Source of the DNA: Octopus sinensis
Lineage: Eukaryota
Direction of reading: 5' to 3'
NCBI RefSeq assembly: GCF_006345805.1
Contig: NC_043002.1
Coordinates: 104,594,001 to 104,658,000 of the forward strand
DNA: 64,000 nt
The notes beneath the pieces were generated by a model. It worked only from the letters and a program-made list of their open reading frames with translations. It did not search any database and was not told the origin of the DNA. Of this stretch, positions 42,779 through 56,326 are shown piece by piece. Every line of letters starts with the position of its first letter. Within the stretch, counting starts at the first letter, position 1. A program made the translations under genes and the position numbers.

Positions 42779-42795
42779 TATTATTATCCTTTTTA

Positions 42796-42903
<108 letters not shown>

Positions 42904-42939
42904 CATTATTATTATTATTATTGCTATTAATTCCGTTGG

Positions 42940-43133
42940 GTGGTAGAACCGTTAGGACGCCAGGGAAAAGGCTTAGCGGCATTTCGTGCGTCTTACGTTC
43001 AGAGTTCTAATGCCGTCGGTGTTGGCTTTGCATTTCATCTTTCAGGGTAGATAAAATAAGTACCAGTTGGGCACTGGGGATGATGTAATCGACTGTAACA
43101 CCAAATTGCAGGTCTCGTGCTTAAATTTGAAAC
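42940..43133 (+). mobile_element. Degenerate SINE family A copy
   Basis: GCTTAGCGGCATTTCGTG..GATAAAATAAGTACCAGTTGGGCACTGGGG. Confidence 0.7.
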
Positions 43134-43171
43134 CATTGTTGTTGTTGTTGTTGTTGTTATTATTATTATTA

Positions 43172-43222
<51 letters not shown>

Positions 43223-44646
43223 CATCATCATCATCATCATCATTATTATTGTTCTTCTTCTTCTTCTTCGTCACTGCTGTTGCTGCTAAGCCAAAAGTTA
43301 ATCTTGACGTAGAAGAGGCATGATCAAATGCATTAGATTCAGACAATGATGTTTTAAGTAGACCTAATGCATCACAAATTGAAATATCAATCTATGTGTT
43401 GATGTGAGGTGTAATGGAGTATGGTTGCTATTTCTAGTTAGTCAAGAGGGCGGCTTCTGTCCCTCTCATCTGTGGTTCCCACTAATTGGTCTAAATTGTG
43501 ACCAAATTATTTGGATATACATTGGCCTCTTATCCAATGATTCATTTATGTCTAAGTAAATATACTGGAACTAATGAGCATCCCTTTAGAAAGCGCTCGG
43601 GTAGGTAGGAGGCGCATCTCCTCGTATATAATTAATTAACTAGTTTGGCCGAATACAATGAAACTTCAATATAAATCCGCATTCAATTCACCGTTCAATA
43701 GTAAAGGTATTGTTATTGAGACATATCCGGGTATGGTTGGTTTGTTCATGTATTGTTCATGGTAAATTTCTCTAGATATGGTTTCAGGGTATTGTTTCTT
43801 GCTATTATTCCTTGCCAATGATAGTGACAGTTAATAGGTGACGTAATTAACGCGTTACGTAATTAACGAGCGTTTCTTAATATTGTTATGCTGATGTGAA
43901 TTCTCCATGAATACCTACTATGCAGTTTTGCTCTATAAAACCAATTCTCTGATTATCGCACCGTAGTCAGATCAATGTGGATTATTGAACGAATGAATAT
44001 ATAAAAGAATGAATAAATGAATAAATGAATGAATGAATGAATGAATGAATGAAAGAATGAATGAATAAGGAAATAAATAAATATTTGGTTCGGAAGAGGT
44101 TTTCATTGATTAGCTAACGATATTAAATGGCGCCCGTATTTTATCATAAAATAATTTAGTGAAGTTTTATTTAAAATATACTAAATGTTTATAGCTTTTC
44201 ATTTCGTATTCTGTAAGATTAGCAGTATTGTAGCAAACACATAAAACAATAAAGCAGCATTTTCAATGATAATTGCATTTATATGATCGAAGATGTGACA
44301 TTGAGTGTAACTTGTTATAACTCACTATGTAATGGGAAATCACAATATCAGAAAAATATTTTCCTCCAAACTTGTTAAGTGCAATTGTGTCAACATAACA
44401 GTCCTTGAGATATTGTACTGAAAAGATTAGTGCAGTATTACAGCGTTTCATTGACGATATATCTTGTGATATCTAACAGGACTAATGATATTTGAGAAGA
44501 GGAAATGGAAAAATGATAAATGAAATTGATGCTGGTGAGGATAATATTACTAAAAGTCTAATATAAAAGCAATATCTGAGACAATATCCTTTTATCGCAA
44601 TAGTTGTGTAATATTGAAGACATCAGAGGAAAACAAAGAGAGAGAA

Positions 44647-44677
<31 letters not shown>

Positions 44678-44758
44678 GAAGATAAAACGGAGGATAGAGA
44701 AAAAGGGTAAGTGAGAATGAAACCAAGAGATAAACAGACAAAAATATAGTAAGAGAAT

Positions 44759-44791
<33 letters not shown>

Positions 44792-45406
44792 TGGTTTTGA
44801 GATAAAGGAAGAACGAGTGAGAGAGAGAGAGAGAGAGATGGGTAAGAGAGATTTATTGTAAGGTGTATAACATCAATAAATCTCGAATAGATATGAGTTT
44901 CGAATAATATTTTAATTTATAACAATTTCCGGGTCTAAACAGATACGTTTTCACTCTTAGGGTAGCTTACAAAACGCACACACTCGTATATACACGTATA
45001 AACGAGTCTATATGTTTATATGTGTGTGTGTATGTGTGAATGTGTGTGTATGTGTGAATGTGTGTGTATGTATGTATCTGTGTGTGTGTCTCTATTTGTG
45101 TGTGTGTGTGCGTGTATGGGTGCGCGTTTGTGTTGAGCGCAGCTGCACACCTTTACATCTCTCTTGCCTCCATCTATCATGTTTCCAGCCATCTTGCATT
45201 CACTCATCCATCAGTCCAGACATACATACACACATACATACAATCATATTCTTATATGCGTCTGTCCATCCATACCACAAAATGTGTCGATGTGAGTGTT
45301 TAGATAAAAACACATGAAATCATCAAACGAAAGCGAAAACAAAGATAGAATGATATACAGACACACAGACAAACAGATAGACAGACAGGCAGACAGATAG
45401 ATAGAC

Positions 45407-45555
<149 letters not shown>

Positions 45556-45562
45556 CAGATAT

Positions 45563-45893
45563 GTTAGTTAGTTAGTTAGTTAATTTGGCTCAAAAGCAAA
45601 TAGCAAGGCCATGTAGGGGGACATGGAGTTAAGTACAGGGTGGTGTTCATGTAAAGAGTTCAGGCCACTTGAGGTCCAGGGAGGCTTTGAACAAAGCGGT
45701 CGTCGGCATCTTCACCATCTCATCTGGCAGCTTGTTCCACGGATCCGCAACCCGGACGGAGAAAGCTCCTCTCCTTCGATTGAGATGAAATCGTCGCAGG
45801 TAGAGCTTTTCGGAATGACCCCACAGCCGACGCTCCGGAGCAGGAGTGAAGAACAGCTCTTTCGAGAGGTTACACTTCCCGCTTATGAGATAT
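45563..45893 (-). mobile_element. 5'-truncated CR1 LINE 3' end
   Basis: LWGHSEKLYLRRFHLNRRRGAFSVRVADPWNKLP..FKASLD is a CR1 ORF2 C-terminus; 3' tail (TAAC)n. Confidence 0.85.
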
Positions 45894-45910
45894 AAGCATA
45901 CATACATACA

Positions 45911-46509
45911 TAGATATACCTGGGACAGGAAGTAAATATGTGCCGGGATATCAGAAAAAGGAGATCTCACGGAGAGTAAGGGTCGGATGGAAGGCGTTCA
46001 ATGGCATAAGGGATGTGCTCAAGGGAAGGTTGGACAGGACCACCCGCGCCAACCTCATTAACAGTGCAGTTCTGCCTGCAATGTTATATGGTAGTGAAAC
46101 ATGGGCTACCACAAAGAGAGAAGAGCAAAGACTGGTAACGGCTCAAAGAGCCATGGAAAGGTCAATGCTTGGTATCTAGTTGAGAGAGCACATAAGTAGT
46201 AAGATCATCAGAGACAAGTCTGGCGTGAGGGATGTCATCGCAGAGTATACACGCAGCAAGTATAGATGGGCTGGACACGTCGCCCGGCTCACCGATAATC
46301 GGTGGACGCACACAGCTGTCGAGTGGTACCCGCGTGAGCGGAAAAGACCACCCGGAAGACCTCCACGACGGTGGAGTGACGATTTCAGAATGACGATTGG
46401 GATAACGTGGATGAGAAAGGCGCGATCCAGAGAGGAGTGGACAGCGTGCTGTGACCAGCGGTGTCAAATGGACGCCGGACGGACTGGTCGGTCAAAGTGA
46501 TCAATTGAT
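45911..46509 (+). mobile_element. 5'-truncated RTE-clade LINE 3' end
   Basis: YLGQ..EISRRVRVGWKAF..VLPAMLYGSETW..QRAMERSMLGI*..RWAGHVAR..WYPRERKRPPGRPPRRWSD; one frameshift and one stop. Confidence 0.9.
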
Positions 46510-47196
46510 ATATATATATATATATAATTATGGGTGACTACCCGTAAGATGAGCCTCACAAAAGCTGACTGCAGCAATGTCCATACATGCTTTATATGTC
46601 GGTTGCGAGCTGTACAACACCACAACGATTCAAGACACACAGAGGTCAGCAAAGGGCAAGATATCCGGCTCAGTAAAGCAGCGAGTTAGCCCTCTCTTAC
46701 AGAGATGTCTTGATAAAGACCAGAAGACTCTCATTCAAAATGCGTTTACTGCGTAGTTGGACACCAATCAAAGTATTTCTACGTACCGCAGCATTCATGC
46801 ATACATACATACATATGTAACATGCTGCCAAAATGCCAATCTTGAGAAACCAGGCTTCTCAAAACCAGAAAGGAGAAAGTTGATTCGACGACTACAAAAC
46901 CAAGCCGCTAGAGGAATTGTAGAAAACTGTAGAACTTTCTAGGAGTTTATCATTTAAATATATCTGAGAACGTCTAGGTATGAAAGAATATGCATGAGAA
47001 GATATCCAAAAAACAAAACGTACAAAACTGAACATATACATACATACATTTTGATGTTGAAATTCCAATGAAGGAGCCTTGGATTTAGGTTAGAAACCGG
47101 CTCTTTCCCTATTGGCAAAACATTTAGAAATAATGACAAACATATACATACGTACGTACATGCATTTCTGCATACATACATACATACATACATATA

Positions 47197-48487
47197 CGAG
47201 GGACGATCAATAAGTAATGCCCTTGACCCTCTTGCATTTCATTGATCTAGCTGAGATTTTGCATGTGAAATCATTTCTATCTCTATAGATTAAGTGGCAA
47301 TTACAGCTCTGAACTTATTGTGGTTTCTGATTTACAAGTGTTTGAACTGAGTCAAGTGTGAAATTGAGCCTGTTGAGTGTCGAGCAGTGATCCGGTTTTT
47401 GTATTTGAAAGAACGCACACCACGGGAGACTTTTGATGAAATGAAAGTAACTTATGGTAATGATGCCCCATCATATGACCTTGTAAAACGCTGGCATCGT
47501 AAATTCAAACATGGTCGGAACTCTGTGGAAACAGCTCCCAGATCTGGTCGCCCTCTTTCTGCCATTAAAGAGGCATCTGTCCGTCAAGTTGAGGCTGCCA
47601 TTTTGGAAGATTGACGCATAACTATTCGCCAAATAGCCTATGAGGTCAAGATTAGTACCGGGTCTGTGGAAACTATCATTCATGACCATTTGCATATGCA
47701 AAAGGTGTCTGCCAGATGGATTCCCAGGTTGCTCTCACCTTTCCAGAAGCAAGAACGCGTTTAGTGCTCGAGGATGAATTTGGAGATGTGCCAAGAAGAT
47801 GAGTCAAAATTTTTCAAAAGACTGATTACACAGGATGAAACCTGGGTCCATCACTATGATCTAGAGACCAAAGCCCAGTCAATGCAGTGGAAGCACTGTG
47901 ACTCACCTCCTCCAAAGAAGGCAAGGGTGCAGCCCTCCGCTGGTAAGGTCATGCTCACAGTCTTCTGGGACCAGGACGGAATAGTGATGACAGGTTTCCT
48001 GGCAAAGGGTACCACAATTACAGGAGCGTATTATGCTTCACTTTTGAGGAGGTTAAGAGAAGCTGACAAAATCAAGAGGCGGGGCAAGATCAGCAAAGGC
48101 ATCCTCCTCCTGCAGGACAACGCTCCGGTCCGCAACTCGCGTGTTGCCAGATCGGAAGCACAGGCATGCAGCTATGAACTCCTCCCCCATCCCCCAACTC
48201 TCCTGACCTTGCACTCTCTGATTTTCACCTCTTCCCAGCCATGAGGTTGTTTTTGAAAGGAAAACGTTTCCCAGATGATACAGCCTTGATTTCTGAAGTC
48301 ACGTCGTGGTTGGAGGACCAAGCTGGAGTCTTCTACAAAAAAGGTATCCAGAGCTGCATCAAACAATGGGAGAAATGCGTAACTCTGGGTGGTTCCTATG
48401 TAGAAAAAGACTAATAACTGTGCCAAGTTTCGTTGCTCTACTGCTATGAGAAGTGGGTCAGGGGCATTACTTATTGAACGCCCCTCG
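47197..48487 (+). mobile_element. Full-length inactive mariner transposon (probably irritans/Hsmar2-like)
   Basis: TA TSD on both sides; TIRs CGAGGGACGATCAATAAGTAATGCCCTTGACCC and GGGTCAGGGGCATTACTTATTGAACGCCCCTCG; 1291 bp. Confidence 0.95.
47363..48414 (+). pseudogene. Mariner DD34D transposase pseudogene
   Basis: WIPRLL, ITQDETWVHHYD, LLQDNAP and HPP..SPDLA.SDFHLF motifs; start codon mutated to ATT, stops at 47612 and 47762, frameshift near 48195. Confidence 0.93.
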
Positions 48488-49045
48488 TATATATATATAT
48501 ATATATATATACATACACACATACATACATAATACATACATACATACATACATACATACATACATACATACATGCCTACATACATACATATATACATGCG
48601 AGCTTACATACACAATTTCTTCCTCTGGTCATTGATCACTTTTGATTTTCTCGCTACACACCTTAAACATAAAGATGTTTTTAATATTTGCCTTATAACT
48701 CAACATTCAATACACATCAGTTAACAGATGCACCATCGATCAGACCAACGAAGACAGAAGCCGGATGTATCTCAATGTCGACACTATAATCGTATGAAAT
48801 AACTGCATATCGCACGGGGGCGTTATTTAGTTACCCTAATCAGATAAAATCAAATCACTGTCACATGTAGCTATCCATGATGGCTGAACTGATGTTGATG
48901 TATACATATACATAATTACATACATATATCCATACATGTATACATACATATATATATATACACATGTATATGTGAATATAAAAGTATGTGTATATGTGTA
49001 TATATATATATATATGTGTGTGTGATATGTATATATATTTATATA

Positions 49046-49275
49046 GGCGGTGAGCTAGCAGAATGGTTAGCACACAGGGCGAAATGCTTAGCGGTATTTC
49101 GTCTGTCGTTATGCTCTGAGTTCAAATTCCGCCGAGGTCGACTTTGCCTTTCATCCTTTCAGGGTGGATAAATTAAGTACCAATTATGCACTGGGGTCGA
49201 TGTAATCGACTTAATCCGTTTGTCTGTCTTTGTTTGTCCCCTCTATGTGTAGCCCCTTGTGATCAATAAAGAAAT
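49046..49275 (+). mobile_element. Full-length monomeric SINE family A
   Basis: GGCGGTGAGCTAGCAGAATGGTTAGCAC head through to AATAAAGAAATA. Confidence 0.9.
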
Positions 49276-49374
49276 ATATACATATATGTGTGTAATATGT
49301 ATGTGTATGCATGTATGTATATGTGAATGAGTGTGTGAGTGAGTGTGTGTGTGCGTGTGTGTGTGTGTGTGTGA

Positions 49375-49536
49375 GCCTGTGTGGTTGAATGGTGAAAGAG
49401 CTCGCTGTGCAACCGCACGATCTCAGGTTCATTTCCACTGGGTGGTAGCTTGGTCAAGGAATGCCACAACTGTCCAAAACCTCATGAGTGAAATTCATGG
49501 ACAAAAACTCGGTAGAATAACTGAGTGTATATATAT

Positions 49537-49587
<51 letters not shown>

Positions 49588-49760
49588 TGTGTGTGTGCAT
49601 GCGTGCTTATGTTTCTTTTTGTTCTTGTGACTCTGACAAACGTTGTTCTTTTGTTTAAGTCTCTACAACTTAGCGCTTCGGCAAAAGAGACGGTTGAGGC
49701 AATAACTAGACTAGAATAAAATACAAGTACAGGAGTCAGTTTATTCATGGACGCAATGCA
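49375..49760 (+). mobile_element. Degenerate SINE family C copy
   Basis: Decayed head plus TTAGCGCTTCGGCAAAAGAGACG 3' segment. Confidence 0.55.
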
Positions 49761-49864
49761 ATGATTGAAACATGTAAAAACACTCTTTGAAGTTGCACAT
49801 ATGCATGCATATGATATGTATATACGTATATATATATATATACATATACGCACGCCCGCACATG

Positions 49865-50075
49865 TATTCTTTCATTCGTTTCACTCATTTTGACTGCGGC
49901 CATGCCAGAGCACCACCTGTAGTCGAGCAAATCGTCCCCAGGACTAATATTTAGTAAGCCTAGTACTTATTCTATCGGTCTCTTATACCGAACAGCTAAG
50001 TTACAGGGACGTAAACACACCAGCATCGATGCCAAGTGATGTTGGGACACACACACACACACACATACACACACG

Positions 50076-50144
<69 letters not shown>

Positions 50145-50290
50145 GAGCAGCTTCTTTCAGTTTCCGTCTACCAAATCCACTCACAAGTCTTTGGTCGGCC
50201 CGAGACTATATCAGAAGACACTTTCCCAAGGTGACACGCAGTGGGACTGAACATGGAAACATGTGGTTGGTTAGCAAAACATTTAACTAC
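49865..50290 (-). mobile_element. SINE family C
   Basis: TTTGACTGCGGCCATG..TTTCCGTCTACCAAATCCACTCACAAG..GGGACTGAAC; internal (CA)n(TA)n. Confidence 0.85.
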
Positions 50291-50930
50291 CATTATGAAA
50301 ACAAAGATGGCGTACATTTTGGTCCTAAACCTGCTAGATGTAACAAAGCTCTCCTCCTGACAGTCTGATGTACTACATTATCTTTGAAAAATATATTATG
50401 TGATAGATTGCATTAGGCCGTGGGTGTGCTCAAACAGTGCCTTCTAATCGATAGAAAATAAGAAACCCAAACCACAAACGTAATTGTATAGTAGAAAGAA
50501 AGTGTAATCTTTTATCTCGCGAAGAAGTTTTCAGGGGAGGATGTTGGTCTTTTTATCGATCCGAATAATTTTTTTCGTTCCACTTTTTGTCGACTTTCGG
50601 AGGGATGAAAGAAAATTGATCATCGAAGATTTGAACTTAGAAAGTAAAAGTGTTAAACAAACAGAAGAAGAAACTAATGTCAGATTGGATAGTTTTACAT
50701 ACACACAAGCCAAGATGGGATTGGCTGCAGTAATTTTCATCGGAGATCAGATTGGATTGATCAAGGGTAATAGGAAGATATTTGCTCCCTGTAGCTGCAC
50801 ATTTACAGACGCAGTTACACGTTTGCATGCTTAGACACATTCATGTACAAGCGTGAACACAAAAAGTAGTCCATAAATGTACACCCACACATTGTATCAG
50901 ATTCATATGCATATATTAAATAAGCATTCT

Positions 50931-50987
<57 letters not shown>

Positions 50988-51168
50988 TATATATATATAT
51001 ATGAATATATATATGAATATATACATATATATATAATATATATATAATATATATATATATACATGTATACATATATATAATATATATATATGTATATATA
51101 CATACATATATATTCATACACACATATATACATATATGTATACAAATATATGTATATGCAGAGACATG

Positions 51169-51199
<31 letters not shown>

Positions 51200-51228
51200 G
51201 TATGTATATATATATATATATATATATA

Positions 51229-51283
<55 letters not shown>

Positions 51284-51363
51284 ATATATATATATGCATA
51301 TACATATATATGTGTGTATGTGTGCTGCATATTTGCATATGTTTATGCATTTTATCACATATA

Positions 51364-51398
<35 letters not shown>

Positions 51399-53410
51399 AC
51401 ATATATATTATACCCACACAGCCTTATACAGATAATTCAATTCAATGCAACCTATTGAGTTTATCTCTTAATGTAAGCAACGTTTCAAGTGTGGTAAGTC
51501 AGCTGAAACGATAATATATCGTATTAAATATACCCTGTAATGTTTGAGTACTTCACCCTTATGTTCTGAGGTGAAATTTAGGCCGTCTTTATATTGCTTT
51601 TCATCCGCCAATGATCGATATACTATCAACTGCTAACATGGTGGGGTCTATTTAATCGACTGCCCGCTTCCTTTACAATGGCTTGTCTTGCCTGCAGTCC
51701 ACGATAATCAATATATTCGAAGTTTTTGCGTGGAATGAGGGCGTGGATGTCCGTGCTGATAGAAGTCTGAAATAAACCAGGATTAATGACTCGTGTCGTA
51801 TTGAAAGAGTTTTACGAGTCCATGCTCAATATACTTCACCATAAAATATCATATCAATCTTACTTTAAATATGCCCGCTTATAAAATGTTTTGTGAAACT
51901 CCAAAATATAATAGTTAAAGGGTGAGAAAAATCTAGAAATTTAGTGTCGGGTATACAAAAATATTTTAACTGATGCTCAAATACTGAATGTAGGCGTGGT
52001 GAAACTTATAAAACTGACTCTAAATATATACAAAACATATACATGTAGTAGGAATAATTATCATTATGAGAATGAGAAGGCCACACGTTTGAGTATATAA
52101 AACTTGCTGCAATTAGCCACCTCCTCATTTAGTAAGGGATTTTGTATGAAAGCAGGCTAATTCAAGTGAATGAAAGAAATTTTTCGAGATTGTCAAGAAG
52201 AAATATTGCGTGAGACACTTAGGTTATATCAACATATTAAATGTTCGACTGGGGTTACTCTGTTGACGAAAGAAAATAAAGGAGATATGCATATAGGAAG
52301 GAATTGGGGCAGGTGGTTTGCAGACTGATATTAAGAAGGGATAGAAACACTTCTATTATACAGAAATGATTTAACGAGAACGGCAACGGAGAAGTGATCA
52401 ACCATTGGTTGCTGGTAATCCTTCCCATATCAATAATGATCAAAGTCGTTGAACATCTCGTATCGTTCCATATCAAAGGTTACATTGCCGAATGGACCAC
52501 TTCCTGGGTTTTCTTTTTTATGGTTTCTTTTGGATTGAATGTCTGCAAAAACCTTCGAAAGCTGGTAAGGAAAATATCTACCATTAATGACTAAGGTTTT
52601 AGTGCTGTTTCTAACTGGTTAATCTACTATTACAGGTTTCCTATTTGGCTTCTTAATTTGTCATTGAAAATGTTTTGTTAGTGACCCTTTATGAAAACAC
52701 TAAAAATGCAGCTATATTAGAAAACTACAGCAATGTTACTTTATAATATTAGAAATAAATGTATTAAAAATTTATGCATTATTAAGTAGAGATTGAAACA
52801 AGGAATTATAGGGTTCTTTATCTCCAGCTCAACCCTTCTCTGTCAGCTCTCTATTAAGGTATGCAAAGCAGTTATATAACTCTAATATCCCATGTGTGCC
52901 TTTATTCTATGTGGGCAAGAATATATTTGCTTGAGATTTGACTGGTATTTTCACCATTCTAGCCGATCAAACAGCCACCTATACCTTCACATGTAAGCTA
53001 GAGCAGGAACTAATTATGTATATAGTTGTGTGTTAATCAATACAGATCGAACATAATTTTTTTTTATATATATAATCGAACATCAATATTGACTGCTGAC
53101 CTCCACACTTAGTTTAACTCTTGTCCTATCTCAAGTCATAATTAAATCTCCATTATCGATAGATTTTAATATACAATTTTGCAAAGTATTTTCGATTTAG
53201 TCAACATTGAATGGAACTGTAATAATTATCTAATTTTCTTTCGCTTATTATGTCATCAGATTGCCTCTTGATCTATCTTGTATTTATAGTATTGTTTTAA
53301 TACCCCCGCCTACTGGCTCCTATATATATATACATATATATATTATATATATATATATATATATACATATACATAAACCATATATATGTGCATACATATA
53401 TATATATATC

Positions 53411-53540
<130 letters not shown>

Positions 53541-54190
53541 TATATATAAACATATATATGTATGTATATATGTGTGTGTGTATTTATATTCAAATATAAA
53601 TCGCCATATCATTTTATTCGAGTAAATTTTCTAAGTTCAGTCTCAATTTCTCGATCTCAGTCAATCAATTCACAACGACCAATTTTATTTCTTTGATTTT
53701 CCTATAAAACTCCTCCCATTTACACCGACGTTATGATATACAATTTACCTTAGTTATTCTCAGATAGTTGCAATTAATATAATAAAACTGTAATTAGTTA
53801 TAGATTGCCCTAGTTAACTTTTCACATGATTTAATTTCGTCTTTTATAATGTTTTGTAAGCATTAAATTCAATACCGACATATATTTCACCAGTTTCAAT
53901 ATATTGAGACATATATTCAGACATGGCCGGCTAGTTTTGTAGCTTCTTTTGCAATCATGGTTTGAAGATACTGATTCCAATCGATAAGAACCTCTGCAAA
54001 GAAATTGGTTTGAGGATATCCAACAGAGAAACCTGTACAATTCACGCCATCGAAAGTATCATCATCGCCATGACTACATACAGGAGATTAAACTTTATTT
54101 CAAACATTTAACTCGCGTTCCCTATCAGAAAATATCTGTCGAGCTTAAAGAGCATTCTAGCGATTCGCAGAAATAGGGAATGCAGAGAAG

Positions 54191-54585
54191 CGGTGAGCTG
54201 GCAGAAACGTTAGCAGGACGGGCGAAATGCTTAGCGGTATTTCGTCTGCCGTTACGTTCTGAGTTCAAATTCCACCGATGTCGACTTTGGCTTTCATCCT
54301 TTCAGGATCGATTAAATAAGTACCAGTTACGCACTGGTGTCGATGTAATCGACTTAATCCGTTTGTCAGTCATTGATTGTCCTCTCTGTGTTTAGCCCCT
54401 TGTATTTCGTCTGCCGCTACGTTCTGAGGTCAAATTCCACCGAGGTCGACTTTGCTTTTCATCCTTTCGGGGTCGTTAAATTAAGTACCAGTTACGCACT
54501 GGGGTCGATCTAATCGACTTAATCCGTTTGTCAGTCCTTGATTGTCCTCTCTGTGTTTAGCCCCTTGTGGGAAATAAAGATATAA
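54191..54585 (+). mobile_element. SINE family A dimer
   Basis: Full head plus a second internal unit restarting at GTATTTCGTCTGCC (about 54402). Confidence 0.9.
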
Positions 54586-54777
54586 GAAATAAGGAATGTG
54601 GAATGATTTCCTCGTATTCGGAATGAGGGTGAATATATTTTAAGAAGCTTTTCATGTTATAAATATATTTGTCTAAACTGCATATGAAATTTATCTTCGG
54701 CATAATCCCCACCACAGCTTCACGTACGTGGAATACTCAGAAATGAAGAATCTATAAAACATACTTTCTTATCATAT

Positions 54778-54969
54778 ACATTATTTACATTTGACGAATA
54801 TTTGTCCCCATCTTGTTTGTTGTTAACACAACGCTTCGGCTGATATACCCCCCAGTCTTCATCAGGTGTCTTGGGGAAATTTCGAACTTGGGTTCTCATT
54901 CCTAAGAGGTATTTTTCGATGATGTTATCATCATCATCATCATCATCATTATTATTATTATTATTATTA

Positions 54970-55012
<43 letters not shown>

Positions 55013-55094
55013 TATTATTCAGGTCACTGCCTGGAATCGAAGTCGGAATCTTGGGGTTAGTAGCCCTCGCTCTAAACCACTACGCCATATGCCC
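54778..55094 (-). mobile_element. tRNA-headed SINE-like element with hammerhead tail (family H1)
   Basis: Minus strand: GGGCATA-TGGCGTAGTGG (A box)..ACTTCGATTCC (B-box-like), an (AAT/GAT)n linker, then the tail shared with 5133-5263. Confidence 0.75.
54825..54870 (-). ncRNA. Minimal type-I hammerhead ribozyme motif (mutated)
   Basis: GACAC-CTGATGA-A-GACTG(gggggtatat)CAGCC-GAAG-CG-TT-GTGTT. CUGAUGA is intact, GAAA is changed to GAAG, stem I is GACAC/GUGUU. Confidence 0.7.
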
Positions 55095-55255
55095 ATGGAA
55101 AAAGTATGAATATCCCACGGGTGGCGGTATCTATAATTGGTCACCATCTGGAGCACCAGCGTTTCTTCCAGGGTGAACTGGACGAGGAGACGTCGATCAC
55201 TCTGTTGCAAACATTCGGGTCAAGCTTTCTGTTTGAGGATACCTACTGTTCGCTA

Positions 55256-55303
<48 letters not shown>

Positions 55304-56295
55304 TTCTGTTCTCTCTATTCCCTTCTCTCTTACCTCTCCTGCTCTCTCTTTCCCTGCCTTCTCTCTTCTCTCTTCCCTCCTCTTCACTCTCTCTCTCTCC
55401 CATTTCTCTCTCCTCTCTCACCCTCACCTTCCTACAAACCTCGGTGGTCCTGTAGATAGTCCTGCGCGCCCCGCCCCCCGACTCCAACTAACAATACAAA
55501 ACAGATTCAATCTTCTGCCAAAAAGTTTCACTCTGAACTGCATTTATTGTGTATGAAATTCAAATTCCTCTCGTGTTGCAAACTTGGCAACGGCACAGCC
55601 ATTCCTAACGAACAATGATGCCGTGAGTCCCACAAGTGAACCAACGACATGTGTAATCACCATCATCATCATCACCTGCTCTAATATGTATGTGTAGTTT
55701 ATCATTAACTACTGCACTCGGTGCTGTCTCCGTTTCGTGAGTAAGATCAAGTGAGAATAGTAAATCAGCCAGGTTAATGAAGATACGAAAGCAAAGAGTG
55801 AAACAAACCTATAGATCGTGTGTTAACTCTGAGTACATCGACCCTCATTATTTTAGTGGCGAAACAACTCTTTACATTTGCATTATGCCAGAAGAAAGTA
55901 CCTTGGCAACAGTTTAATGCATTTCACCATTTCGTCGTCGTCTAGAATATCACAATGAAAGGAGAAGGGGTTAGCTGTATTTATTATTAATAGCTACCTT
56001 GTTTTCAAATAAATATTTATTTACACGTGAAAGTATTCATGAATTATTAATAGAATTTCTCTATGAATAAGAATACATATTGACAGACATGCTGCCAGTG
56101 ATGTGTTGTATGCCATCACTAACCTCTTTTTTTGTATACAACTGACCTACTGAATAAATGTTAAATATATTAATGAGAATAATACACTTACGTACGTGTG
56201 TAAATTCACACATACTTTTGTTGGTATACAGAGATAAGAATACGCGCACAGGCATATGTGCATACACTCACACACATATAACGTACATGCATACA

Positions 56296-56326
<31 letters not shown>

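Noticed and set aside
47064-47110. CCAATGA..GAAACCGG with an AAGGAGCC/GGCTCTTT stem as a ribozyme
   Set aside because: Core and stem topology do not fit a hammerhead, and it is single-copy here.
52260-52620. Possible exon (ORFs 52255-52594)
   Set aside because: No recognisable protein; the faint FLYNRSVS similarity suggests a very old LINE RT remnant, too weak to call.
53890-54110. Short open frames on both strands in unique sequence
   Set aside because: No recognisable domain and no convincing splice pair.
55020-55094. Genuine tRNA gene
   Set aside because: Acceptor stem does not pair, D arm is short, and it runs into a microsatellite and repeat tail; it is a SINE head.
55460-55912. GC box and RFX-like half sites
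   Set aside because: Motifs are scattered and imperfect, insufficient to call a promoter.
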